Assembly: GCA_049968235.1 (NCBI GenBank)
Contig: JBMFRC010000001.1
Span: 320,001-384,000 of the forward strand
Direction of reading: 5' to 3'
Source of the DNA: Candidatus Hydrogenedens sp.
GTDB taxonomy: Bacteria > Hydrogenedentota > Hydrogenedentia > Hydrogenedentales > Hydrogenedentaceae
Length of the DNA: 64,000 bases
How positions within the stretch are numbered: position 1 is the first letter of the stretch; every line of letters starts with the position of its first letter. The notes under the pieces are model-generated. The model was given only the letters and a program-made list of their open reading frames with translations, was not told the origin of the DNA and searched no databases. Of this stretch, positions 41,040-51,284 are shown in pieces. Made by a program: the position numbers and the translations under genes.

Positions 41040-41340
41040 TATCACATGATATAACATAATAAATATTAATAACCAATAATGATTATTATAATAAATATAT
41101 TATATTATAACATGTTATTCAATGTTAATTTAATATATAATTTAAGTTATTATACAATAGTAGAAATTATAATAGAATATCAATATTTGTTATACTCATT
41201 ATTAATATTTACTATTATATCTCTATTTTACTAAAACGTTCTAACTATGCTATCGATTTATAGGAGTAATACAAGAATTACTCTTGAGACCTCTGAATAA
41301 AAAAATACGATAAATAGTATATGAAAAATTATATATAGGA
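41040..41340. other. Extremely AT-rich (~85% AT) island with TATAAT/TTATAATA-like reiterations
   Basis: Direct reading. No ORF. Lies in a 1 kb gene-free gap. Confidence 0.5.
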
Positions 41341-42013
41341 AGGGTAAAAGGGAAAAGTAAATATGTGGTATGATGAAAGAGGCAAAGCAGGTAAGTTTTT
41401 TATATTATGCAGTGTCAAAACAAAGACTGACATGATGAGAGAAATGATTGAGAGTAATGCAAGAGATAACCCTGTGGGAGAAATTGGAATGCAGATGAGT
41501 AGAGGGGAGAGTATAAGTCAAACCGGGGAGAGCGGAGGAGTTCGTCTTTACTATTTTATGCATTTTTGAATACTGAGTGATGATTTTTCTGTGTTCTCTG
41601 TGGTTGATTACATTTTTTCACCACGGAGGACACAGAGGAGCATAGATAAAGGAGCATATCATTTCTTGCTAATGACTGCATATAATTTAAAACGGATGTA
41701 TGGAAAATTAAGGAAACAAAAGGAGAGATATGCATAGATAACAAAAAGATAGAAAAACGGACAGAAAACAACAAATAAAATGGGTAAAAGTAAAAATATA
41801 GACTCTTGCATTTTAATTCCTCATCGGGGTTTTATCTCGTAAAAACATGTATAATTTATACTCTAACCTCTTACACAAATTGTTCAGAGGTCTCATTGAA
41901 TAATAAGACTCTATGTAATTCAGATAGAAAAGCCCGTGTCTATTTTAATGAATTTTCCATTCGTCCTGTTTGCCTAATTGGGTCGCTCGGTCTTACTTGC
42001 TTTTATTGAAGAC

Positions 42014-44356
42014 TTATTGGGGAATAAGTGAAGAAAAGTCAACATTTGCTGATATATCTGGCTGGCGACGGATATTTAAAGGAAGCATTATAAAAACATA
42101 ATCCCCTTCTATCCTATGTTTTATTCCTTTTTGTAAATACATATCTACCCCGCCATCATCTTTTCTATCCATGCCTATGCTATATATTTTAAATGCAAAG
42201 TCATCTCCTTTTATATATGTAATTGGTTCGCCATTTTTCCATGGGTCCTCAGGAATTTTAGAAATATAATCGGGAACAAGTTCTTTTAGATTATCAGGAA
42301 GCCGATTATTTTTCAAACGAAATCGTTCAATGGCTATAGCGGTTTGAACAAGATTTATAAGAACATAGTGCCGTAATTCGGAATCAAAACAGCGGTCCAA
42401 TGACGGGTATATTATGTTGAGGTTTATATAAAGCCAGTGTGGGGGAATAGATGTGAAGAGTGAATTTATTTCTCTCTTTTTCAGAAGATGAGTCTTATAG
42501 TCATCGAACGAACATTTTTCTTGTATGCAAATGTTTTCTTTTTGTGCTACATTGGTAGCCGTTTTTCTTAGTGCGGTATATAGATTCATTGCCACCATTC
42601 TTTCTATATCTGTAAGATAAAAAACATCAAAGATAGGAACCCATGATTTAATTATATTTCTCAATTGATAATATTGAAGGTACTTATATTTTTGTATCCA
42701 GGAACTATATTCAATTAAGAATCCTTCTCTTTGAACCATAGGTAAAACAGACAGAAACATCAGTAATTCTGTATGTAAACTCAAATTAAATAAGGACCTT
42801 TCTTCAGGAGGTACCGAAAAATTCTGAACAATATTACTTAATTCTAAAAGTACTTCTTCGGATAGTTCTTGATGATTAATAATCCATTCTAAATTATCAT
42901 AGAATTTCCTAAACATGGCAATATATACAAGTTGTGAAATATATACAGGTTCATCTTTTAGAGATTTAGAAACAGAGGCACAGGTTCGCAATGCCCGCAA
43001 CATATTTCCATAATCACCATCTATGGCACTTAAAATAGCCTCCAACCCTAATTTCCTCTCAAAATCTCGCAATTCGGAAAGATGTCCCAATTCCACAGAA
43101 TAACCCTTAGTTAAATCAATTGAATAGTACCCTTTTGTTAGACCACTTTCAGCAGTTTCATGGAGTTTTTGGGTTAATTTTTTATATACCTTCTCGTAAA
43201 CTTCTTTATATAACCAGTAGAGATTTTCCGATAGGGGCTTATCATATCTTATTATATCGCCATAAAAACGGTTCAATATTATCTTTAGATATTCTTTTTC
43301 TTCCTGTGTTTTAAATTTTTCATCAATCTCCTTTTGATACAATTTTTCAAAATCCATTTCCTTCAAAATGACATCTCGACAAAGAGGAAATAAATCGTAA
43401 TATTTCCGGGCAATGTTCTCCTTTTGCGGAACGGAACTATATTTTTCATTCATTTCTTTTAAGGTTGCAGGGAGAGAATTTCCTCTAAAATAAGCAATAC
43501 ATTTTTCAATAGTTCCTGTTTGTAAATGGGAAATAAGCGTTAAGATTGCAAAACAAAGGGGCAGTAAATATCCAACACATAAGAATGAAACCCGTTCCTC
43601 TATATACGGAGAATTCCCAGAATTTTCCAATAAATCTTTCTCTGGTGTTTTCCAATAATAACCATGTGCAAATAACAGAAGATTGAGCCATGTTATAGCA
43701 AAGATTGCAGATAAGAACAGATATGTACCTCCAAGTATGGATGTATTAAGAATACCCAAATATTGCCATGGCACTATGCAGACAAAAATACTAAGGAAAA
43801 TAATTAGCAGGAAAATCCTTTCTTTTTTCCCTAACAAACGGGCTCGGATTGTAATGAATAAATAAACAAAAAACATGATAAGATAGTAAAAATAAACTGC
43901 ATGAAAAACGATATAGATAAGGGAAAGAGAAAATTTCCTACATGAAGGGAAAATAATAAATAACAAATTCTTAACAAAAGAAATAAGCCACGAAACCCCT
44001 TGCCCTATTCCAAAAAGATGATATAGGGTCATAAACCATTCTTTATTTGAGTATATATAAAAGGAGGACAATGAATAAAAAGATATAAGCAGACACAGGA
44101 CAAGAAACGAAAAGATAAGAATACTTGATGGGTTAAACATGATTAACCAGACAATTATCCCATAAGTAATGACAATCCCGGTAATAAATATCATAAGGGG
44201 CATTAAGAAAGAATTTATATCAGGGAAAGGAATCTGCAAACTTGCCAGAGCGGGGTCTGGTACAATATGCATCTTAAACTTCCAATAAAAATAGATAAAC
44301 TCTATATCCAGATAACAGGCAATGTTATGAAAAGATTTATGTTCCCTGCTAACCAA
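42014..44356 (-). CDS. Large polytopic membrane protein (~12-16 TM N-terminal half) with ~400-aa C-terminal soluble alpha-helical domain; unknown function
   Basis: Downstream gene in the minus-strand ABC/GntR operon. Start uncertain because the ORF overlaps the permease by 55 nt; an internal Met at about 44275 is possible. Confidence 0.45.
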   Translation of the reverse strand: MVSREHKSFHNIACYLDIEFIYFYWKFKMHIVPDPALASLQIPFPDINSFLMPLMIFITGIVITYGIIVWLIMFNPSSILIFSFLVLCLLISFYSLSSFYIYSNKEWFMTLYHLFGIGQGVSWLISFVKNLLFIIFPSCRKFSLSLIYIVFHAVYFYYLIMFFVYLFITIRARLLGKKERIFLLIIFLSIFVCIVPWQYLGILNTSILGGTYLFLSAIFAITWLNLLLFAHGYYWKTPEKDLLENSGNSPYIEERVSFLCVGYLLPLCFAILTLISHLQTGTIEKCIAYFRGNSLPATLKEMNEKYSSVPQKENIARKYYDLFPLCRDVILKEMDFEKLYQKEIDEKFKTQEEKEYLKIILNRFYGDIIRYDKPLSENLYWLYKEVYEKVYKKLTQKLHETAESGLTKGYYSIDLTKGYSVELGHLSELRDFERKLGLEAILSAIDGDYGNMLRALRTCASVSKSLKDEPVYISQLVYIAMFRKFYDNLEWIINHQELSEEVLLELSNIVQNFSVPPEERSLFNLSLHTELLMFLSVLPMVQREGFLIEYSSWIQKYKYLQYYQLRNIIKSWVPIFDVFYLTDIERMVAMNLYTALRKTATNVAQKENICIQEKCSFDDYKTHLLKKREINSLFTSIPPHWLYINLNIIYPSLDRCFDSELRHYVLINLVQTAIAIERFRLKNNRLPDNLKELVPDYISKIPEDPWKNGEPITYIKGDDFAFKIYSIGMDRKDDGGVDMYLQKGIKHRIEGDYVFIMLPLNIRRQPDISANVDFSSLIPQ

Positions 44357-45099
44357 TAGGTATAAATTCGTTCTTTTCGATTCATAGGGATATGGGACAA
44401 CAAATAAACACCTGATTTATAATCTCTTCTCATCCGTCGGCTTACTTTCAAATGCCAGACAAGCCCTGATAACACTAAAGCAATCAGTGGGAAAAATACG
44501 AACAGTAAGTCCAGTAAGTAAGAATAGTCGAAGGAGACTATCCACCGCATTGCCAGCAATATAAACATAACAGAAACATAAAGAGTAAAAAGTAAAAACC
44601 AGAAAATACCCGTCCATACGGGAATAATCAGTCCATTATTTCTGAGTTCAAACCAGACCTGAGCAATTTGACTATTCGGAAAACTTTTAATAACCATATT
44701 CGGTTCTAATTTGCTTAGGACACTACGAAGACGCAAAGGAAGTAATAACTTTATATCTTTTTTTATGCCAGTCCTTACCTGTGAAGTAATTTTTACACTC
44801 AAAAACCAGATGAGGTAAGTATAAAGTATTACTAACACCAAAAATATTAAGTAAGTATATGTAGAAAAGGATATTTTATTTTCATACTCTGCACCTGTAA
44901 AAGGTAAAGAACCAAATAAAAAGGGAATTACCCTATCCATAATAGTTGCATAGTCCAAAACTGCTAATATCACACATGAAAAAATAGAAAGAAATATAAT
45001 TATTCCTACCAAAAATGGTGAAAAGACAAAAAACCAGCATAAAAATTGAATAGTGAGATACACAATCCCATGTATAACAGCAGGGAAAATTAAAGGCAC
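44302..45099 (-). CDS. ABC-2 type transporter permease (6 TM)
   Basis: Hydrophobic. GTG start overlapping the stop of the upstream permease ORF. May be the second permease gene, or the C-terminal part of a frameshifted single permease. Confidence 0.5.
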   Translation of the reverse strand: MPLIFPAVIHGIVYLTIQFLCWFFVFSPFLVGIIIFLSIFSCVILAVLDYATIMDRVIPFLFGSLPFTGAEYENKISFSTYTYLIFLVLVILYTYLIWFLSVKITSQVRTGIKKDIKLLLPLRLRSVLSKLEPNMVIKSFPNSQIAQVWFELRNNGLIIPVWTGIFWFLLFTLYVSVMFILLAMRWIVSFDYSYLLDLLFVFFPLIALVLSGLVWHLKVSRRMRRDYKSGVYLLSHIPMNRKERIYTYWLAGNINLFITLPVIWI

Positions 45100-45542
45100 A
45101 TAAAAAGGAAGTTCAAGAGGGAAAAATTTTGAAAGGCATCCATGTATCTATGGGTAGATAATTCATAAGGTACATATTCTGATAAAATAAAAGCCACAAC
45201 AAACCGTAAAAGAAAAGTAGAGAGAATAACTAAAAAGAGCCGTGTAAATAAAGATACAGTTACAATTAAAGATAAAGTTATGGGAAGATGAAATATTCTA
45301 TGTGGAAAACCAATATGCATTTCTCCGGAATTACCTATCTGAAGGAGTAAAAGAATGGATATAGCATAAACCGTAAGATACAAACTAATGTCTACATCTT
45401 TCCAGTCAACAAGAAATATGGGGACAAAAATACGAAAGGAAATAGCAACAAATATGCACATTCCTAAAACAACACCAAAAATACTACCCCCTACATATAA
45501 TTCCTCCCACAATAAGGCTTTCCGAGACGAGTTAAGTTTCAT
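45090..45542 (-). CDS. ABC-2 type transporter permease, small (4 TM)
   Basis: Hydrophobic 150-aa ORF directly downstream of the ATPase. Confidence 0.45.
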   Translation of the reverse strand: MKLNSSRKALLWEELYVGGSIFGVVLGMCIFVAISFRIFVPIFLVDWKDVDISLYLTVYAISILLLLQIGNSGEMHIGFPHRIFHLPITLSLIVTVSLFTRLFLVILSTFLLRFVVAFILSEYVPYELSTHRYMDAFQNFSLLNFLFMCL

Positions 45543-45666
45543 AAAAATTACTCCTTATCTTGTTTTTTCACATAAGCAATAAAAATTTCTTCTAACGATG
45601 GAATAGCGATATTAATTATCTCTCCACCTTGTTGTTGTATTTGTTCTTTTATGTTTGTGTTATTCC

Positions 45667-46478
45667 CTACACACAAAACCTGATACCCATGGCCAGGGAA
45701 TTTATTCGTTTTATACCGGGGATATTCTTCAAATTTAATTTTTTATTGTTCATCCTCACTTCTAACAAATAGTGTTGTTTTTTTATCTCTTCCAGATTTC
45801 CATTCATAACAACTCTACCATGATGAAGCATGCATACATCATCCGATACTCGTTCTACTTCATCCAATAAATGCGAGGAAAATAACACAGTTCGTCCTTC
45901 TTCGGCTACGGAACGAACTACTGCTGATAATATATCCATCCTCGCTACCGGGTCTAAACCTGACGATGGCTCGTCCATACCAACAACTCCGGACGATGTG
46001 ATAATGCTACCAGTAATCCTGTTCGTGCTAATTCGCCCAGTGATAATGCCCGTATCTTACGTTTCGGGTCTAATTCAAACTGTTCAAATAATTGATATGA
46101 ATATGTCATATCCCAATTTGGATAAAAAGCGGACATATAACGGATTAATTGTTCAATACGCATCCATCGGGGAAGGTCCCGCGTTTCTGATAAGTAACCA
46201 ATACGGCTGAGTACCTCTTTTGGATACTTCACGGGATTTAGACCAAAGACAGAAACAGAACCTATCTCTACGGTATAAGCACCTAAAATATGATGAATAA
46301 GAGTCGTTTTCCCGGCTCCATTTTCCCCTACCAAACCAAATACCCGACCCTGCAATACTTCTATCGTTACATCATTTAGAGCACACTTTCTCCCGAAATT
46401 CTTGCATAAGTTTTCGGTCTTAATGATAATTGAGTCTTTTTTTCCTTCAGATTGTTTATTCATGGTCTTTCTCCTCAT
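45667..46478 (-). pseudogene. ABC transporter ATP-binding protein split by a frameshift between Walker A/signature and Walker B
   Basis: ORF 45954-46478 has Walker A GENGAGKTT, Q-loop and LSLGELARTGL and ends ...HRPELLVWTSHRQV*. ORF 45667-45978 begins in another frame with the D-loop MDEPSSGLD and H-loop SSHLL. A 1-nt indel lies near 45965-45975. Confidence 0.7.
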
Positions 46479-46860
46479 CCATGTGCAGTTTTATTTGTTC
46501 TGCGCGGGACTGTATTAGTTCTAATAACTGGCTTAATGAAAAGTTAAGGTGCTTTGCTATAACCAATAGAGAATCTATATGTTCATATATGACGCGGTAT
46601 CGTTCTTCATCGGAAAATAATGTTCGTATAGTAGCCACATAAGTACCGGCTCCAGGACGGGTATAAATCATCCCTTGATTTTCCAGTTCCCGATATGCTT
46701 TGGATACTGTATTGGGATTGATTAACAGTTGTTGAGCCAATGTGCGAACAGGAGGTAATTCATCTCCATTTTTCAAAGAACCTGTAGCAATTAGGTATTT
46801 GAACTGCCGAACAATCTGTAGATATATTGGCGTTCCATCTTGAGTATTAATTCGAATCAT
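46456..46860 (-). CDS. GntR family transcriptional regulator, short YtrA-like subfamily
   Basis: wHTH LPPVRTLAQQLLINPNTVSKAYRELENQGMIYTRPGAGTYV. 134 aa. First gene of the ABC transporter operon, as in ytrA operons. Confidence 0.8.
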   Translation of the reverse strand: MIRINTQDGTPIYLQIVRQFKYLIATGSLKNGDELPPVRTLAQQLLINPNTVSKAYRELENQGMIYTRPGAGTYVATIRTLFSDEERYRVIYEHIDSLLVIAKHLNFSLSQLLELIQSRAEQIKLHMDEEKDHE

Positions 46861-47345
46861 AATTTGAATCCTAATGTATTACTGTTCTACTAATATAATA
46901 CAATTTTTCTCCCGTTTGTCAATACCTTTTTAATATTTTTTCATTATTTCATATCTTATTTTTTATCAATTATTTATATATGCTATGTCTCTTAATTCTT
47001 ACGCAGGAGATTATTGTAAAGAAAAAATTTTTACAGAGTTTTATCAATTTTAGGGGATATAAATTATTTGAAAACAGTGATGTCATCTACAATTATTGTT
47101 GTCTATATTGCTCGTAAGTTTTGAGAACGGATTTCCTTGCTTAGATAGTATAAAAGAAGAGAATAATCCTCCCATTTTTTATTTACTTTAATTACAAATC
47201 TGATTTTACTTCTCGATTACATGTATAATTTATCCTAAAACCTCTTCTTCTTTTTATTCAGAGGGCTCAATTAGTGTATCTCTTTATAAATCGTTTATCA
47301 ATAATAAAAACATAACATACTATACAGAAGGGAAACAGATAAGGT

Positions 47346-48254
47346 ATGTTACAGATAGAAAAAATAGACATCCAAAAAATAAATGCAATAGCAGATATGT
47401 TGGAAACAACGACAAAGATTATAAACAGCGGATTGGATGAATCAGCAATAAGTTCTATGTATAATGAATCAACCCCATTATGGGTCCGAACAGTTAACAA
47501 TCAGTTCTGCGGGATAATTAATGATAGCAATGATATAAAACTTATTATTTCAACTGCGAAAAGAAAAGCAGAAGAAGGGGCGCCTATACTTGTTCAGCAG
47601 GGGATAGAAGGAAAAACCTGTTATCTAATCGGTTATCGTATGTCATACCATTTTTTTCCTGTAGAAATTTTTGGTGTAGAGTTTATTCCCGGAAATTATC
47701 GTATTCCTCGATTGTTATGGTTGCCTGTAGAATTTCCCGGAAAAGAATTAAAATCCATAACAGAAAAAGCCAAAGAAGTTGCCCGGAATCTTCCCCTTGG
47801 ATATTATGGTGTGTTATTTGAATTCGTTGTAAATGCACAGGGTGTATTTTTATCTTTTATTGACCCATTTTTCCAGCCGGATGAAGGAATGTGCCAGATA
47901 TGTAAGGAAGGAACGGGCATGGATTTAATGCGGATACATCAAACTGTTGAAAAACAGGGGATTCCTGATGTGGTTCCTACACGCGAATTAGGATGTGCTA
48001 TAGCGTGGATTATCCCGCATAGTGGAATTGTGCAAAGTATAAAGAACATTGAAAAGGTGCAAAGCACGGAGGGAATTAAGCAGGTGTATATACGAGTACA
48101 TGAGGGAGATTCGCTCACTCATATAACAGATATAGATTCCCGTAATAAAACAGGATATGTAATTGCTATTGGTCCGGATGCCTTTACCGCACGGAATAGG
48201 GCGTTATCTGCAGTTTCGCGAATACAAATCAATACGCGTAATCTTTTACCTTGA
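47346..48254 (+). CDS. ATP-grasp fold domain protein (function unknown)
   Basis: Weak ATP-grasp-like segments (GKTCYLIGY; GVLFEFVVNAQGVFLSFIDP). Confidence 0.35.
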   Translation: MLQIEKIDIQKINAIADMLETTTKIINSGLDESAISSMYNESTPLWVRTVNNQFCGIINDSNDIKLIISTAKRKAEEGAPILVQQGIEGKTCYLIGYRMSYHFFPVEIFGVEFIPGNYRIPRLLWLPVEFPGKELKSITEKAKEVARNLPLGYYGVLFEFVVNAQGVFLSFIDPFFQPDEGMCQICKEGTGMDLMRIHQTVEKQGIPDVVPTRELGCAIAWIIPHSGIVQSIKNIEKVQSTEGIKQVYIRVHEGDSLTHITDIDSRNKTGYVIAIGPDAFTARNRALSAVSRIQINTRNLLP

Positions 48255-48312
48255 GAGATATTTTAAGTTGGTCCTGTCGGACAAATCAGGCGCGTTTGAC
48301 GCATCGGATACT

Positions 48313-49338
48313 TTATATTATACTTCCTGTCTTCTTGATAATATTCTCTGCCATACAAAGGAGTTCGACCCATTGAATATTATAATAGCGGGGATTATGG
48401 AAATCTGCATGGATACCATTTTGGATTTTAGTGACCATAGTCTGTATGGCTTCTTCTACGCTGACTTGAGGGCGAAATCCTAAAATCTGCTCGGTCTTCT
48501 TCGTGGAAACGCGGTAACTGCGTCCTCGTGTAGAACCATATTCTACTTCAATTCCGATATCCATTCCATTTTCACGAAATACTTTCCGTACCCAATGGGC
48601 TAATTCAAGTATCCGATAATTTTTATAAGATAGATTAAATATCTGATTTCCTACAATTTTTAGGTCCGCTTGCAGGCAAGCCACATAAGCACGGGCTATA
48701 TCGATTACATCAATCAAAGGTCGCCACATCTCTCCTCCACAATGAACAGTTAAGAAACCTTTATCAAATGCAGATTTTACAAAGGTATTAACGACAAGGT
48801 CATACCGCATACGGGGACTCCATCCATATACAGTTCCCTGTCGTAACAAGGTTGGATAGAAATCGGGTCCGGATAGTTTTAACAGTTCTTTTTCTGCCTG
48901 ATATTTGCTTACCGCATACGCAGCACGCGGTTCTACTGGGCTTTCCTCATCCTGCAAAACATCTTCCGCTAATAGTCCACGGTCATAAATAGAGCAACTG
49001 GATGCAAAGATAAACCGCTTTATCCCTCTACGTTTGCAATTTTCTCCTAAAATAGCCGTGGCTTCCGTGTTTAATTTTTTGTTGGCTTCCGGATTAAATT
49101 CTGCCATCGGGTCGTTACTCAATCCTGCCAGATGAATAACTCCGTCGACATCGTCCAACCATGCAGAATCAAATTGACATAAATCACCCTGAACACATTC
49201 AATTCGATTTTTTACTTCTTCCAGCCCTTCATCTCCGAATAGGAATTTATCAACAACACGGACTGCAAACCCATGATTTAACAATTCGCGAACAGTAACC
49301 GCACCAATATAGCCAGAACCACCTGTTACCAGTATCAT
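48313..49338 (-). CDS. NAD-dependent epimerase/dehydratase (extended SDR family)
   Basis: VTGGSGYIG Rossmann motif and YAVSK catalytic YxxxK. Confidence 0.85.
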   Translation of the reverse strand: MILVTGGSGYIGAVTVRELLNHGFAVRVVDKFLFGDEGLEEVKNRIECVQGDLCQFDSAWLDDVDGVIHLAGLSNDPMAEFNPEANKKLNTEATAILGENCKRRGIKRFIFASSCSIYDRGLLAEDVLQDEESPVEPRAAYAVSKYQAEKELLKLSGPDFYPTLLRQGTVYGWSPRMRYDLVVNTFVKSAFDKGFLTVHCGGEMWRPLIDVIDIARAYVACLQADLKIVGNQIFNLSYKNYRILELAHWVRKVFRENGMDIGIEVEYGSTRGRSYRVSTKKTEQILGFRPQVSVEEAIQTMVTKIQNGIHADFHNPRYYNIQWVELLCMAENIIKKTGSII

Positions 49339-49376
49339 CTTTTAACTCCTTCTTCTAATATTTATTTTTTCAATCA

Positions 49377-51284
49377 TTATGGCACAAACAGAGTTCGTAT
49401 TTCTTTTTTTGTTAATCCTGCATAATCTGTAACCACAAATGTAATTGTATGCGTTCCGGAGGGTAAATCTTCATCTTGTTCCCAACGTAGTGTTCCACGA
49501 GGTCCATCATATTCACTCAGTAGCCATTTCTGGTCGCAGAAAATTTCTGCCCGTGCTATACCACTTCCTATATCGGAAATAGAAGCAGATATAGGAGGTC
49601 GTTTTGTAAGTTGTTTTATGTCTTTATTAATATTAATGGAAATATTTGTGATTTGTGGAGGTTCATCATCTCTTATTAATGCGAAAGTGCCCCAATCAGA
49701 TACAGTGGCAATAACAGAGTCTCCCCTCTTTTGAGAATCTACTCTTGTCCATGAAGAACTTGTTTTACGGTATAAATGGATTCGCTCTTGCGGTTGGACA
49801 TTCTCTCGAATCTGTATTTTCATCTGTACCGCTTCTGCCATAGGCACATTATACGGTTCTATTTTCCATATATTTGAGGTAATTACCATGCCCTGAGGGA
49901 CTTTCTGTGCAGAGACAGGGGAGATGGAAAGCCAGAGGATTCCGTATGGTGTATTGGACGGTATATCTATCTGAAAATCATTCAATACAATGGGATTTAT
50001 TTTATCTTGTGCCTTAACTGCATATATAGTCTTTTCCCATGGAGGTATAGATGGATGGGACACTCGAAAAGTATATTTGCCTGATGCAGGAGGTTCCCAT
50101 GGAAGTTCGTAAATATTATTTGCCCGCTGGATAGGTTTTAGTAAGATAGACTCCTGTTCTGAGATGCATGTAACCTCAGGTATTTCCTTCGCAGATGTTT
50201 GTGCTAATAGAATTTCTAATACAAGGATAGACGGTAAATAGTGAATAGAAATATCTGTTTTTTCTATCTTCTTGTGTAAATCATTTGCAGGAACATCTGT
50301 GATGTATAGAGGAATCTGTGTTTTTTTCCTATCAAAGTCCTCTACTTCTATCTGGATATGCTCCTCATCTTTTATAGAAATCCAATCTTTTCGAGCCTGC
50401 TTGTAATTCTGCGATTGATTTCCCTGCCATTGCCACAATAACCAATAAATTGGATTTGAGATGTAAGGATAAAAAGCGACCACAGCATCCCGATAGGTAT
50501 TGTAATCAATGCGGTCTTGCTGAATAGTCGATAAGATGTTTTCGCTATTCTTTAATGAAATTCGGTAAGGTCCCAATTTACAATTGCCGGATTCGGGGTC
50601 GATGGTTGAAATACCAAATCCTATTGCACCCTGTGCATTAATAACGATAGGAAATGTTGTCTTTTCGTTAATAGGTATTTCTAGAGGAAGACAGCGACCA
50701 TTGATGGTTGCGTGAATACTTCCGGGGATAACAAGTAGAGATGTTATTTGAGGTTTATTACGGTCAATCCAGTGAAAACCATATTCCCATGGATTTAGAC
50801 ATGTAATTCCATCTTTTGTGCGAAGTTCAAAGTGTAAGTGTGGTGCTTTTGTTCCAGACTGACCTGTATATGCGATTATAGTCCCTTTTTTTACAATAAG
50901 TTCGTTGTCTTTGAGCATTAGGTCTACGGTGAAGGATTCTTTCTGATGTTGGACCTTTTGCAGATAAGACTGATATGGTTCTGCAAAAGAAAGTAGGTGT
51001 GCATAAATCCCCATAATTCCCGAATGAAATTGAATATATAACACGCGACCATAACCCCAGGGACCGCAACGCATCCTTGTTACATAGCCATCATCTATGG
51101 CATAGACCGGTGTACCAACAACAGCATGATAGTCCACGCCCATATGAAAACGACCATCTCGATGCTCGCCAAAGGAAGAAGTAGCCATCAAGTCTCCTTT
51201 CAAAGGGAGAACAAAAGATTCTTTGGCAGAAAGGGAATTGATTATTATAAAAATAAATGCAATAAATGGAGTTATGAACTTCAT
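49377..51284 (-). CDS. M23 family (LytM-type) metallopeptidase with long C-terminal extension
   Basis: Signal peptide. HMGVDY ... D, GQSGTKAPHLHFEL M23 zinc-ligand motifs. ~430-aa C-terminal beta-rich extension. Confidence 0.75.
   Translation of the reverse strand: MKFITPFIAFIFIIINSLSAKESFVLPLKGDLMATSSFGEHRDGRFHMGVDYHAVVGTPVYAIDDGYVTRMRCGPWGYGRVLYIQFHSGIMGIYAHLLSFAEPYQSYLQKVQHQKESFTVDLMLKDNELIVKKGTIIAYTGQSGTKAPHLHFELRTKDGITCLNPWEYGFHWIDRNKPQITSLLVIPGSIHATINGRCLPLEIPINEKTTFPIVINAQGAIGFGISTIDPESGNCKLGPYRISLKNSENILSTIQQDRIDYNTYRDAVVAFYPYISNPIYWLLWQWQGNQSQNYKQARKDWISIKDEEHIQIEVEDFDRKKTQIPLYITDVPANDLHKKIEKTDISIHYLPSILVLEILLAQTSAKEIPEVTCISEQESILLKPIQRANNIYELPWEPPASGKYTFRVSHPSIPPWEKTIYAVKAQDKINPIVLNDFQIDIPSNTPYGILWLSISPVSAQKVPQGMVITSNIWKIEPYNVPMAEAVQMKIQIRENVQPQERIHLYRKTSSSWTRVDSQKRGDSVIATVSDWGTFALIRDDEPPQITNISININKDIKQLTKRPPISASISDIGSGIARAEIFCDQKWLLSEYDGPRGTLRWEQDEDLPSGTHTITFVVTDYAGLTKKEIRTLFVP

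Noticed and set aside
41363-41774. Small ORFs in the AT-rich island (41363-41569 +, 41556-41774 -)
   Set aside because: No RBS. Atypical composition. Located in a structured/AT-rich spacer. More likely noncoding.
44302-45542. Single frameshifted ABC-2 permease
   Set aside because: Could equally be two adjacent permease genes with a GTG start overlapping the upstream stop (ytrC/ytrD-like arrangement). Listed as two CDS with a caveat.
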